Below are positions 56,033 to 64,000 of a DNA stretch of 64,000 nt, piece by piece (the stretch's first letter is position 1; every line of letters begins with the position of its first letter). Under the pieces are notes generated by a model. The model had not been told where the DNA came from. It saw nothing but the letters and a program-made list of their open reading frames with translations, and searched no databases. The stretch covers positions 87,058 through 151,057 of the forward strand of contig JAKLEX010000001.1 of assembly GCA_022711495.1 (NCBI GenBank), in the 5' to 3' direction. The DNA comes from Patescibacteria group bacterium. Its GTDB lineage: Bacteria; Patescibacteriota; Minisyncoccia; Phycocordibacterales; JAACPR01. Both the position numbers and the translations under genes were made by a program.

Positions 56033-58480
56033 TCATTTGTCGTCTGTTGGCACGAGAGTTTTTCCTCTTTGATATCTGGCATCAAAGAGCAGGAAAATTA
56101 ACGACAGGCACAGCCCAATCAACGAGATGATGTGTCCTACCACTACAGGTTTTGGCGTCTCAAAATAAATTATTATCGCCCGCTCTGCAAAAATCAAATC
56201 TTGTCCCGGCCCAGCCAGATAGATTTTTTCTCCGCCAACCGATTTCCAGCCCGGAAAATAGCTCTGCTTTATCAAAATTGGAACCGCCGCGGTTTTTTCT
56301 GCCGACTCGATATCTAAATCTGCGCTCAAAACATTTTCGGAAAAGCCAATACGCGCACTTAATTTTTCTGGTCTTCTATCCTCAACAAAATCGTCCAGCA
56401 GTTTTACAAAAGTATCGTATTGTTTCTCAAAATTCTCCGCCCACAAGTCGTTTAGTAAAAAGATCCCGCCAGTGTCGGAGGCCCCAAAGACAAACTCATA
56501 TAATTTATCGTCTGATGGCAGAGCGATAATTTTGCCACCACTTGCCAGATATTCTTTTAGGGCAGAAATGGCCCCATCCGCGTTTTCATAACTGTAGGAA
56601 TCTATCAATATGTATTTAAATTTTTTAAGATCTTCACTTTTGTCCAGGAGTTTTTCATCGGCATAGACAAAAGTAAAATCTGTTCTGGCTCGTTTTAAAT
56701 TAATTTCTTCTACCAGAGAAATAAAGTCAAACCGGCGTTGCGGAATTTCCTTGGTATTTAAATCGGAAAAGACCAAAATAGGTTCTTTTTCTGGCAAACC
56801 TACCGTCTGTGGCTCCATCAGTATTCTATAGATAGCCCAGTCATCAAAATCTTTTTCTTTTATGGCAAGGCCGGAATCTTCAACCAAATCTTTTTGATCT
56901 CGTGATCTTAATATCAAATATTTAATTCCGTAAAAGTTGGCGACCTTTATTTGGTCCTCGACGGGGTTATCCAGATATTCTTGGTCAAAAGCTAAGTCGC
57001 ATTTTATACCCCAACATTCTGGCCAATACGACAGGGAATTTCGTATCGGAACCCAAAATAGGGAACTTAGCGCGGATTCTCTGATTACGCTGTAAGCTGT
57101 TTTATTGCCTTGGATACCCAAGTAGGCATCCACAACCCCCGTGGAGGGTTTTTCATATGGAGTGTACCACTCAACTAATGCCAACCCATCTTTGTCTTTC
57201 ATATAATCAAGTATGGGCTGTATGCTTTCAGTGACGTTATCTATGTAGATACCACGTAAATCGTCATGAAAGGCCCCATTTATTTTCGTTGCATAGATTG
57301 AGTAGCTAGTGATGATCAAGATTAATAAACAATATACCGTTTTGATTTTGATAAATCGCCGAATTGTTACAAAAGTGAAAACCGCCAGTATCGGCAAGAA
57401 AAAATAAATTGTTCCGATCCATCTATCTATGTGTATTGGCAGTGATGGCAACCAAATATAAGCTTTAGTAACTAGAAACAAATTCGCCACAATCATTAAA
57501 AACCCTAGAGCTTTTATTAAATTATTCTTTTTGATGAAAGAGAATACCAGTGAAATTATTACGAAAACCGGAAAATAATAATGGTAATAATAAAGCCCTG
57601 ACAATGATCCCCACTTCCAACCAAGCGGCCGGCCGGCGAAATAATCGTAATAGTGAAGCATCGGCAGATACCAGAAAGAAGCGATCAGGACCGGGATAAA
57701 ACCGGAGAGGAAATACAGACAGATAAATTGCACCAGCGATCTGGCGCCGTTTACATTTTTTCTTCTGTCAATCAGACGAAGAATAAATATCAGACCGAAG
57801 ATAAAAAAGGCGATAATCGCTATGTGGACATTGGTTAACAAAATCAGAAACTGAAATGCGCCGGCGTAATACTTGTTGGCCGGTTTTTTCTCAACGTCGA
57901 GAAAAAAGATCAACCAAAAAACCAAAAACACAAAAGCCAAAGATTGGGTGACCAGACCATTGTTAAGCGAACTAGCCAAGGAAACTCCCACATAGCCCAA
58001 TTCCGATTTCGCTGAAATTAATCCGGCGGACAAAACCAAAACCCAAAAAGATTGGAACTTTGATTTGCTGATTTGCGAGTGATACAAAGCGGATAGGCCC
58101 ACCGGAATTAATGTTGCCGTCAATAGTGGGATGGTCTTAAACACGGCATCAAACTCTATGGCCGATATTTTATAAATTACAGCGCACAGATAATAAAAAA
58201 CCGGCGGATAAAATTGTGGAAAGGGCATGCCGTTATACCAATTTGGTATCCAGCCCCAGAATGTCGGAAAAATATTTTCGGCGTAAAGTTTGGCGATAGC
58301 GTAATGTCCGGAACCATCCCAGCCACCAACAAATTGATTGGTTAAATAAGTCCGAATCAGGTCTTTATTAAGTGTGTACAATAAAATGGCCGAAACTGCT
58401 GTCAGAAAAACAAAAAAGGCAAAATCACTGGTGATTATTTTTACGAAAATCCTGTTAATTTTTTTGAAACACACTGCCAT
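56033..58480 (-). CDS. Large polytopic membrane protein, putative GT-C-fold glycosyltransferase (YfhO/ArnT/PMT-like)
   Basis: About 14 N-terminal TM helices with aromatic-rich first loops (GWDGSGHY...FWGWIPNWYNGMPFPQFYPP), a ~350-aa extracytoplasmic domain, and a final C-terminal TM; adjacent to the GtrA-GT2 gene. Confidence 0.45.
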   Translation of the reverse strand: MAVCFKKINRIFVKIITSDFAFFVFLTAVSAILLYTLNKDLIRTYLTNQFVGGWDGSGHYAIAKLYAENIFPTFWGWIPNWYNGMPFPQFYPPVFYYLCAVIYKISAIEFDAVFKTIPLLTATLIPVGLSALYHSQISKSKFQSFWVLVLSAGLISAKSELGYVGVSLASSLNNGLVTQSLAFVFLVFWLIFFLDVEKKPANKYYAGAFQFLILLTNVHIAIIAFFIFGLIFILRLIDRRKNVNGARSLVQFICLYFLSGFIPVLIASFWYLPMLHYYDYFAGRPLGWKWGSLSGLYYYHYYFPVFVIISLVFSFIKKNNLIKALGFLMIVANLFLVTKAYIWLPSLPIHIDRWIGTIYFFLPILAVFTFVTIRRFIKIKTVYCLLILIITSYSIYATKINGAFHDDLRGIYIDNVTESIQPILDYMKDKDGLALVEWYTPYEKPSTGVVDAYLGIQGNKTAYSVIRESALSSLFWVPIRNSLSYWPECWGIKCDLAFDQEYLDNPVEDQIKVANFYGIKYLILRSRDQKDLVEDSGLAIKEKDFDDWAIYRILMEPQTVGLPEKEPILVFSDLNTKEIPQRRFDFISLVEEINLKRARTDFTFVYADEKLLDKSEDLKKFKYILIDSYSYENADGAISALKEYLASGGKIIALPSDDKLYEFVFGASDTGGIFLLNDLWAENFEKQYDTFVKLLDDFVEDRRPEKLSARIGFSENVLSADLDIESAEKTAAVPILIKQSYFPGWKSVGGEKIYLAGPGQDLIFAERAIIIYFETPKPVVVGHIISLIGLCLSLIFLLFDARYQRGKTLVPTDDK

Positions 58481-58499
58481 GCTTGGTGTCCTGTCGTGC

Positions 58500-59624
58500 C
58501 TAATATTTGCCAGTAAGGAAATTATATTGGATTAAGAGAAAATCTCCCAGAGTTAGCAAAGTATCGCGAATCGGCCGAAATCGTGATTCTTTTCTGTCAA
58601 TCCAACGGATTGGCACTTCCAGTATTTTTAATTCATAATGCTGGGCTAAAGCGAGCAGCTCAAGGTCAAAACCATAGCCGGTGATCTTTTGTCTCCGGAC
58701 GATTTGTTCAACAACTTCCCGTTTTATCAATTTGAAGCCGCATTGGGTGTCTTTGATGTCTTTGATTAAAGCCGTGCTTAAAAACGAACCAATCTTGCTG
58801 ATAAGCCGGCGATAAGAAGCGCGCTTAGTTTCAATAACGCTTCCAAGCAACTTTCTGGAGCCAACCACGACATCATATTCAGGAATGTATTTTTGCAATT
58901 TTGTTAATTCTTCAATTGGAGTTGAATTGTCGGCATCTGCGAAGAGAACATATTTTCCGTCGCTGGATAGGGCCCCGATTTTCAAAGCATTTCCTTTGCC
59001 AGTATTTCTATCCAAGACGATCAATTTTAAATCCGGCGAATTATTTTGGCCTTTCTTTATAATTTCCGTCGTTTGGTCTGAAGAGCCATCATCAACGACG
59101 ATAATTTCATAAGAAAGTTTTGATTTTAGGAAAAAGTTTCTGATTTCAGAGAGGGTTTTTTCAATAACCGATTCCTCGTTATATGTCGGGATGACGACGG
59201 AATACTCAAAGTGATAACTTTTGTCCAGAATCGCCTCTTTTATGACCGGGCGGAATGTCCACTGTCGGTTCCCCAGATAATTCCATAACAGTACGATTAG
59301 GGAAGTCAGGGCCTTGGCCAGTAAGTACCAGATGCCCAGTATTATGTTTAACAAAAACATCAGCAAAATCGTTAATAGAAGCCCGACTACCGAGACCAAA
59401 AAGAATTTCAAATATTGCTGGTGATAGGCTTTGTTTCTGTTTTTGAACGTCCATTTTTTATTTAAAACAAAGTTACTGGTTGCGGCGGCGACGAAAGAGA
59501 CGGCGGCGGCTGACAAAACATGCCACTGCAAAAACTCTACTAGCACAAACAAGAGAGACAAATCTAAAACGGTACCAGACATTCCGACAATTGAGTATCT
59601 AATCATCTTTTTGATCTCTTGCAT
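58500..59624 (-). CDS. GtrA-like flippase domain fused to a family-2 glycosyltransferase (polyprenyl-phosphate sugar synthase, DPM1/GtrB/CsbB-like)
   Basis: N-terminal 4-TM GtrA-like region (YSIVGMSGTVLDLSLLFVL...NFVLNKKWTF...GNRQWTF); GT2 motifs YSVVIPTYNEE, VVDDGSSD, and a downstream QxxRW-like RRQKITGYGFD. Confidence 0.7.
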   Translation of the reverse strand: MQEIKKMIRYSIVGMSGTVLDLSLLFVLVEFLQWHVLSAAAVSFVAAATSNFVLNKKWTFKNRNKAYHQQYLKFFLVSVVGLLLTILLMFLLNIILGIWYLLAKALTSLIVLLWNYLGNRQWTFRPVIKEAILDKSYHFEYSVVIPTYNEESVIEKTLSEIRNFFLKSKLSYEIIVVDDGSSDQTTEIIKKGQNNSPDLKLIVLDRNTGKGNALKIGALSSDGKYVLFADADNSTPIEELTKLQKYIPEYDVVVGSRKLLGSVIETKRASYRRLISKIGSFLSTALIKDIKDTQCGFKLIKREVVEQIVRRQKITGYGFDLELLALAQHYELKILEVPIRWIDRKESRFRPIRDTLLTLGDFLLIQYNFLTGKY

Positions 59625-59644
59625 TTGCTAAATAATAGCACCTT

Positions 59645-59693
59645 TGGGTCTTTTTAAAATTAAAAACACCCCCGCGTTCCTTTGGCGGGGGTG
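59645..59693 (-). terminator. Intrinsic terminator for ORF 59709-59984
   Basis: CACCCCCGC-GTTCCTTTG-GCGGGGGTG; on the minus strand it is followed by TTTTTAATTTTAAAAAG. Confidence 0.55.
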
Positions 59694-59708
59694 GTTATGG
59701 TTTTGTCG

Positions 59709-59984
59709 TTATATATGGAATTCCGGCTGGGCCAGCTCTCTCGGCGGGGTCGCTGGATCAGGGACTTCAACTTCTCGGAAATACTGTTCGCGTCTCTTTG
59801 CCCAATATTCAGCGCCTCCATGTTTGAGATAATGTTCAACGAGCCATTCGGGATGCCGGTGGAGCTCACAGTCGTCGCACCAACCATGCGCTTCTCTGGT
59901 GGCCCAGCGATTTAACTGGCTAAGAAACATATCCACGAGCTGATCATAAATATATTGTCTGAGATCAAAGATTATCTTCCTCAT
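59709..59984 (-). CDS. Hypothetical protein (91 aa), GC-rich
   Basis: GGAGGTG SD 5 nt upstream of the ATG; own terminator; HGWCDDCELHRHPEW segment; no family recognised. Confidence 0.35.
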   Translation of the reverse strand: MRKIIFDLRQYIYDQLVDMFLSQLNRWATREAHGWCDDCELHRHPEWLVEHYLKHGGAEYWAKRREQYFREVEVPDPATPPRELAQPEFHI

Positions 59985-60213
59985 CAGTCACCTCCGACTC
60001 TGATTTTGCGGTCTAGATCGTTCATACCTCAATTTAAATCAAGAAAAGAACTCTACCAGTAGAAGATTATATAAAAGATATTAAAGAATACAAAGTTATC
60101 CACACACCACTAGTATTGCGTGATGAGACATTTGATTGTCGACAAGACTTTGATATCATAAAGCGCATAGAAAGCGACTCGGTTGCTTTATCAAATAAAC
60201 ACAGATTTAACTT

Positions 60214-61137
60214 ATGCGCTTTAATTTATTCTGCCGTCACAAAGCTTGTTCCCAATCTGGTTTCACCCTCCTGGAGATGCTTTTGGTGATTGCCATTATC
60301 GCTATTTTGGCCGCCATCGTTATCGTGGCAATCAACCCGGCGCGGCAATTGGCCCAAGCTAGAAACGCCCAAAGAGCTAGTGATATTAATGCTATATATA
60401 AAGCCGTCCAGCAATATTACCTGGACGAACTAGATTGGCCGGATGGTGACCTGGACGGCTCTTTACAAGAAATCTGCGATACCGGCGGCGATACCGAAAT
60501 CCCGAATTGTTTGGATCTTTCGGCTGAACTGGTACCGACTTATTTGTCTGCGCTACCAATTAATCCGGGAGGAGAAAATTATGAAATTGCTTTGCAAACT
60601 AGCAATAAACTAGCACTAATTGCTCCGGGCTCTACTGAAGAGGGTTTGGGCGGCGTGGCCATTGGCACCTCAACATCGCTGCTCGGAGGAGGCGAAGATG
60701 TGCCTTGTTCTGAACAAGAAGGAGATGCTCGTCGATACTGTGATTTGGAAGATATAAACGACGCCATTGTTGCCTACATCGCCGCCAACGAACACGCGCC
60801 ATATTTGGATTGTGGTGATATCACAGAACCAGACAAATTCTGCCAGGCCTGCGAGACGGAAGGATGTGTTGATTGGGACACGTTAGCAGCAGAATTGGCA
60901 GAATATATAGATCCTTTGCCGACAGACCCTTGCGGTGATGCTTGTTATGTAGAAGAGCCGCGAACTTTCTATACTTATGCCTATGTCGCCCCATCTTGTC
61001 TGGCATTTTGGTACTCAGAAAACCCAGAAGCTTGCAGTGAAGAAGAGGGCTGCTACTCTAATGAAGCCTATGGGCTACACGCAGATACTTGGGATGATGA
61101 AGGGGAAAGTATAAGTTATGGTTTCGGCTCTTTCTGA
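60214..61137 (+). CDS. Type IV pilin-like protein with a Cys-rich, acidic C-terminal domain
   Basis: Prepilin leader MRFNLFCRHKACSQSG|FTLLEMLLVIAIIAILAAIVIVAI; C-terminal domain with about 12 Cys. Confidence 0.65.
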   Translation: MRFNLFCRHKACSQSGFTLLEMLLVIAIIAILAAIVIVAINPARQLAQARNAQRASDINAIYKAVQQYYLDELDWPDGDLDGSLQEICDTGGDTEIPNCLDLSAELVPTYLSALPINPGGENYEIALQTSNKLALIAPGSTEEGLGGVAIGTSTSLLGGGEDVPCSEQEGDARRYCDLEDINDAIVAYIAANEHAPYLDCGDITEPDKFCQACETEGCVDWDTLAAELAEYIDPLPTDPCGDACYVEEPRTFYTYAYVAPSCLAFWYSENPEACSEEEGCYSNEAYGLHADTWDDEGESISYGFGSF

Positions 61138-61160
61138 TTCCATAGGCCAGGAAACTTTTT

Positions 61161-62528
61161 ATGTATTATCTTCTGTTGATATCTCACGCCCTTCTGAATA
61201 ATTTTGCTGGAGGACGCAGTAACAGTAAAGTCTATTTGTTTTTTATATTTTTAATCGTTTTGATTTTTTTGGCCGTTTTTGTAAATAGGTCCAACAAAAA
61301 AGTAGAGAAGATAAGTAAATATTTATTATTTTTGTCGTTGGTAATTGGTTTTGTGCTTGGCGCGGCGGCTTTTCTTAGTTTCGCTGGTGATTTTGGATTT
61401 GAGTGGAACGATTTTGTTTTGACTTTCAATAATGGGGAAATATCTAGTTCGCAATTAACTCACAATCATATCTTGAAAGGGTCTCTGGCCGTGGTTGGGG
61501 GCCCGCTTGGCTATAATTACTTTGAAAACATGGACATGGGGACGCCGTTTGTCGGACTTATTCCGAATTGGATTTTGTGGCTGGGGCTGATGTGCGTCGC
61601 TGTTGCCACAATTTCCGCTTTGCTATTTTTTGCCACCACCGTCTCTCAAAAAGAAACCCCCGCCCGTAAAATTTTATACACCGCGGCGTTTTCTTTAGTG
61701 GTTTTTTCCTTGATTAAATCCATACCGGACGGCGGCGTTTTTCTCTCAAATACGCTGCCGATGGTCGCCGCCTTTTTGTATGGCATTTATCGTGGCAAAA
61801 AGGGGATAGTCGCTTGTTCCGGCGTCATAGTCGTTTATTTCATCTGGACAGCTTTTGCTTGGAATCGGATTTTCTTCCACGAGTGGTATCAACTGAAAAT
61901 ATATCTGCTGTCTGGGCTGATTTCTTTCGTCGCCATTGGCGTCCTATTCTTTTTGGAGAAACACATGACCAATGGTCGGAGAGCTGTTCTGGCCGGCGCT
62001 TTTGCTGTTTTGCTGGTAACTTTTTATCCAACGTATCAAGAGCTAATGGGGACGATGAAATATCTCAATACAAACGCAATCAATGGAATGGTCGCTCTGT
62101 ATGATGAGCCGGACGAACTATTCTGGGAAAAGAAGTCATCTCTCGGGAATCTCAATTTTTATGAAATTCAAAGCGGAATTTCCATCGGCGAGATAGTTCG
62201 CAAATATGATTTGCTTGATAATATTTATCCGGTCGCCGTGCCTTGGAAGACTTGCGTTCCGGTTGATTTGAGGGGTGATGAATACGCTTTTTCTATTAAC
62301 ACTCCAGCTGGAAACGCGGCCGATTTGGAAAATTTGAAAGCCGCTCTAGATCGGCAACTCAATAAAGCGGATATAAAATTTGTTGAAGAGAAAAACGGTA
62401 TTGTCATTTATAGCGCCGCCCTTAACATTAAGCCTTGCTTGCCACGCCACCTGAATGTAATTGAAGAATTTTTGAAAACAAAATTTAAAGAGCCGTTTTT
62501 CGTCTATAACATAGAGAAAACCAAATGA
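61161..62528 (+). CDS. Hypothetical polytopic membrane protein with a C-terminal soluble domain (455 aa)
   Basis: About 9 predicted TM helices, then a ~130-aa hydrophilic tail; its stop overlaps the next gene by 4 nt. Confidence 0.4.
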   Translation: MYYLLLISHALLNNFAGGRSNSKVYLFFIFLIVLIFLAVFVNRSNKKVEKISKYLLFLSLVIGFVLGAAAFLSFAGDFGFEWNDFVLTFNNGEISSSQLTHNHILKGSLAVVGGPLGYNYFENMDMGTPFVGLIPNWILWLGLMCVAVATISALLFFATTVSQKETPARKILYTAAFSLVVFSLIKSIPDGGVFLSNTLPMVAAFLYGIYRGKKGIVACSGVIVVYFIWTAFAWNRIFFHEWYQLKIYLLSGLISFVAIGVLFFLEKHMTNGRRAVLAGAFAVLLVTFYPTYQELMGTMKYLNTNAINGMVALYDEPDELFWEKKSSLGNLNFYEIQSGISIGEIVRKYDLLDNIYPVAVPWKTCVPVDLRGDEYAFSINTPAGNAADLENLKAALDRQLNKADIKFVEEKNGIVIYSAALNIKPCLPRHLNVIEEFLKTKFKEPFFVYNIEKTK

Positions 62529-63034
62529 AAGAAACCTTCAGCGAAGTTTTAATGTTTATGATTCCGCCGATGTTGGTCAACGGCACTCTTAATTTGTTAT
62601 ATCCTCTTCGCAAAAAAATTTCTTTTTTTGCCAAGCTTGATAGACCGATAGATTTTGGAAAATCGTTTTTTGACGGACGAAGAATTCTTGGCGATTCCAC
62701 GACTCTTCCGGGGATTTTAGTCGCCGTCGTTATTGGCCCGATTGCTGGGGTGATTTTTTACGGATCACTTTATCTGGGATTTATAGCCGGAGTCTGCACA
62801 TATCTCGGCCATGCCGCTGGAAGTTTTATAAAAAGAAGGGCAAATGTTAGCGACAGTAAATTTCTACCCATCATTGACCACAGTGACTATATTATTTTTA
62901 CCGGTTTAGTTTGGCTTTATTTGGAATTGATTTCTCTGCCAATTTTTCTAATTTCTTGGGTGGTTATTCTCGTGATCCAGCCGGTTTTTTGTTACATCGG
63001 ATATAAATTAGGACTCCGCGCTGAGCCACTCTGA
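62525..63034 (+). CDS. CDP-archaeol synthase family (CarS/DUF46) membrane protein
   Basis: FFDGRRILGDSTTLPG and GHAAGSFIKRR...IDHSDY resemble the CarS signature (GKRxxGxxKTxxG ... KRR); 5 TM helices. Confidence 0.45.
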   Translation: MKETFSEVLMFMIPPMLVNGTLNLLYPLRKKISFFAKLDRPIDFGKSFFDGRRILGDSTTLPGILVAVVIGPIAGVIFYGSLYLGFIAGVCTYLGHAAGSFIKRRANVSDSKFLPIIDHSDYIIFTGLVWLYLELISLPIFLISWVVILVIQPVFCYIGYKLGLRAEPL

Positions 63035-63070
63035 ATCTCTGCCTCTTTTTCCGCCCGTTTCTTCTTTCCT

Positions 63071-63652
63071 CTATCTTTTCTTTTTAAACAAAAATAAACC
63101 GATTAAGAGAATCACCACTATTCCAGAAGTGAGACCGATCCAGCCATATTTTCCCGTGAGCAGGTAGGCGTAGTGGGAGAATTGCCACCCGACCATGCCG
63201 AGAATGGCGATTCTGATTATGGATCCGAGAAACGTTAGAATAAAAAAGTTCCAAGTTTTCATGCCCCACAATCCTCCAAGGATAGTAGCGACCAATCCGG
63301 AGAAATTTGGCATGAGTCTCATCAAGAAAAATATAAAAAGGGAACCTTTTTGATTGGAGCCGATGCGGTTCCTTATTTGGTAGATTATTACTTGCAATCT
63401 GTTGGACTCTTTTTCTGAAACGGCTAATCCATATCTAGCCAAAAGGAAAATCGGAATGGCACCAACAGCTACGCCGAGAGCTCCCGGGATGACCAGAAAC
63501 AACATGAAATATCCAAAATTAGCGACAGTCAGCGGCATACTGATCATCAGTCCGCCGATGGTGACCTGGGTTAAGGTTGAGGGTATAACAAAAAAGATTT
63601 CTTCAGTTACCGACAGAAAGAAAGATATGTAAATAAAGAGCAGGGTTGCCAT
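63071..63652 (-). CDS. DedA/SNARE-associated (TVP38) family membrane protein
   Basis: 193 aa, 5-6 TM, loop RYGLAVSEKESNRLQ... and Gly-rich re-entrant-like segments typical of DedA. Confidence 0.45.
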   Translation of the reverse strand: MATLLFIYISFFLSVTEEIFFVIPSTLTQVTIGGLMISMPLTVANFGYFMLFLVIPGALGVAVGAIPIFLLARYGLAVSEKESNRLQVIIYQIRNRIGSNQKGSLFIFFLMRLMPNFSGLVATILGGLWGMKTWNFFILTFLGSIIRIAILGMVGWQFSHYAYLLTGKYGWIGLTSGIVVILLIGLFLFKKKR

Positions 63653-63732
63653 ATAAAGTCGCGCAATTTAGTAGTCGGATTTTTTAATTATAAGACGTTT
63701 TACACAAAAAAGCATTACCAGGAATTAACTTT

Positions 63733-63808
63733 TGGTGGACCATACCGGATTTGAACCGGTTGCCTCATCCATGCCATGGATGCGCTCTACCAATTGAGCT
63801 AATGGCCC
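63733..63808 (-). tRNA. tRNA-Ala (anticodon GGC), with encoded CCA
   Basis: Reverse complement: acceptor GGGCCAT/ATGGTCC with the diagnostic G3:U70 pair, anticodon stem CATCC/GGATG with loop ATGGCAT, T-loop TTCAAAT, 3' ACCA. Confidence 0.8.
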
Positions 63809-63860
63809 TCTTTTTTACTGAGTTCGTTCTTCATAATAAACATCGTTTGATAAAAAGCAA

Positions 63861-63899
63861 GAATAAAAAAGAGCAGAAGTGTGAAGCGCCTTCTGCTCT
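63861..63899 (-). terminator. Intrinsic terminator for a minus-strand transcript entering from beyond the window end
   Basis: AGAGCAGAAG-TGTGAAGCGC-CTTCTGCTCT; on the minus strand it is followed by TTTTTTATTC. Confidence 0.4.
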
Positions 63900-64000
63900 T
63901 GTTGAATGAACTTTGGAAATTCGGCGGTCAAAACTGATGGTCAGAACTGATATTCAGAACTGATATGACAAACCGCCACCGGCCATGATTTCTCGCTCGC

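Noticed and set aside
1-64000. Alternative genetic code (UGA recoding, as in some CPR lineages)
   Set aside because: Conserved genes (r-proteins, fusA, tuf, secY) read through at full length with the standard code. Their stops include TGA, TAA and TAG at the expected positions, and no in-frame TGA is needed.

Overview
This 64-kb window reads as a low-GC (about 40-43%), gene-dense bacterial chromosome segment with the hallmarks of a Candidate Phyla Radiation / Patescibacteria-type genome. It uses the standard genetic code. About 80 coding sequences and 6 tRNAs are supported. The core is a large translation-gene cluster: rpsL-rpsG-fusA, rplJ-rplL, tuf, then the S10/spc block rpsJ...rplO-secY-adk-map. 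Ribosomal protein L30 is absent between rpsE and rplO (the two genes are 1 nt apart), which is a recognised CPR signature. Several ribosomal proteins carry low-complexity extensions (S19, L23, S5).

The rest is housekeeping mixed with accessory genes:
- A 5'-partial xerC/xerD, then xth, cca, tRNA-Arg and two tRNA-Gly, tRNA-Pro, a trypsin-like protease, hup, rny, clpP, a trigger factor lacking its PPIase domain, and nusA.
- pilB-pilC, a family-4 UDG, tpiA, a HIT protein, recJ, and a transglutaminase-like protein.
- A split comEC (membrane half and MBL half as separate genes flanking rnhA), rpmB, and an S2P/M50 protease.
- On the minus strand infC-rpmI-rplT; then ndk, a beta-CASP MBL ribonuclease and tRNA-Ala.

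The most unusual content:
1. tuf, with its own near-consensus promoter, is bracketed by a pair of ~68-nt inverted repeats. Each repeat has an internal 13-bp hairpin.
2. An 859-aa two-domain surface protein and rplJ-rplL sit between fusA and tuf.
3. A GC-rich coiled-coil gene lies antisense between rplB and rpsS, with its own intrinsic terminator.
4. A 3' accessory region holds a VirB4/TraG-like ATPase, a GH18 hydrolase and two type IV pilin-like genes. The pilins flank a GtrA-GT2 fusion and a large YfhO/GT-C-like membrane protein. This is a candidate pilin or surface-glycan glycosylation module.
5. A CDP-archaeol-synthase-family (DUF46) protein.
6. Four small GC-rich, foreign-looking ORFs, three with their own hairpin terminator.

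Coordinates for features found by eye (tRNAs, hairpins, promoters, repeats) are approximate, within about 2 nt.
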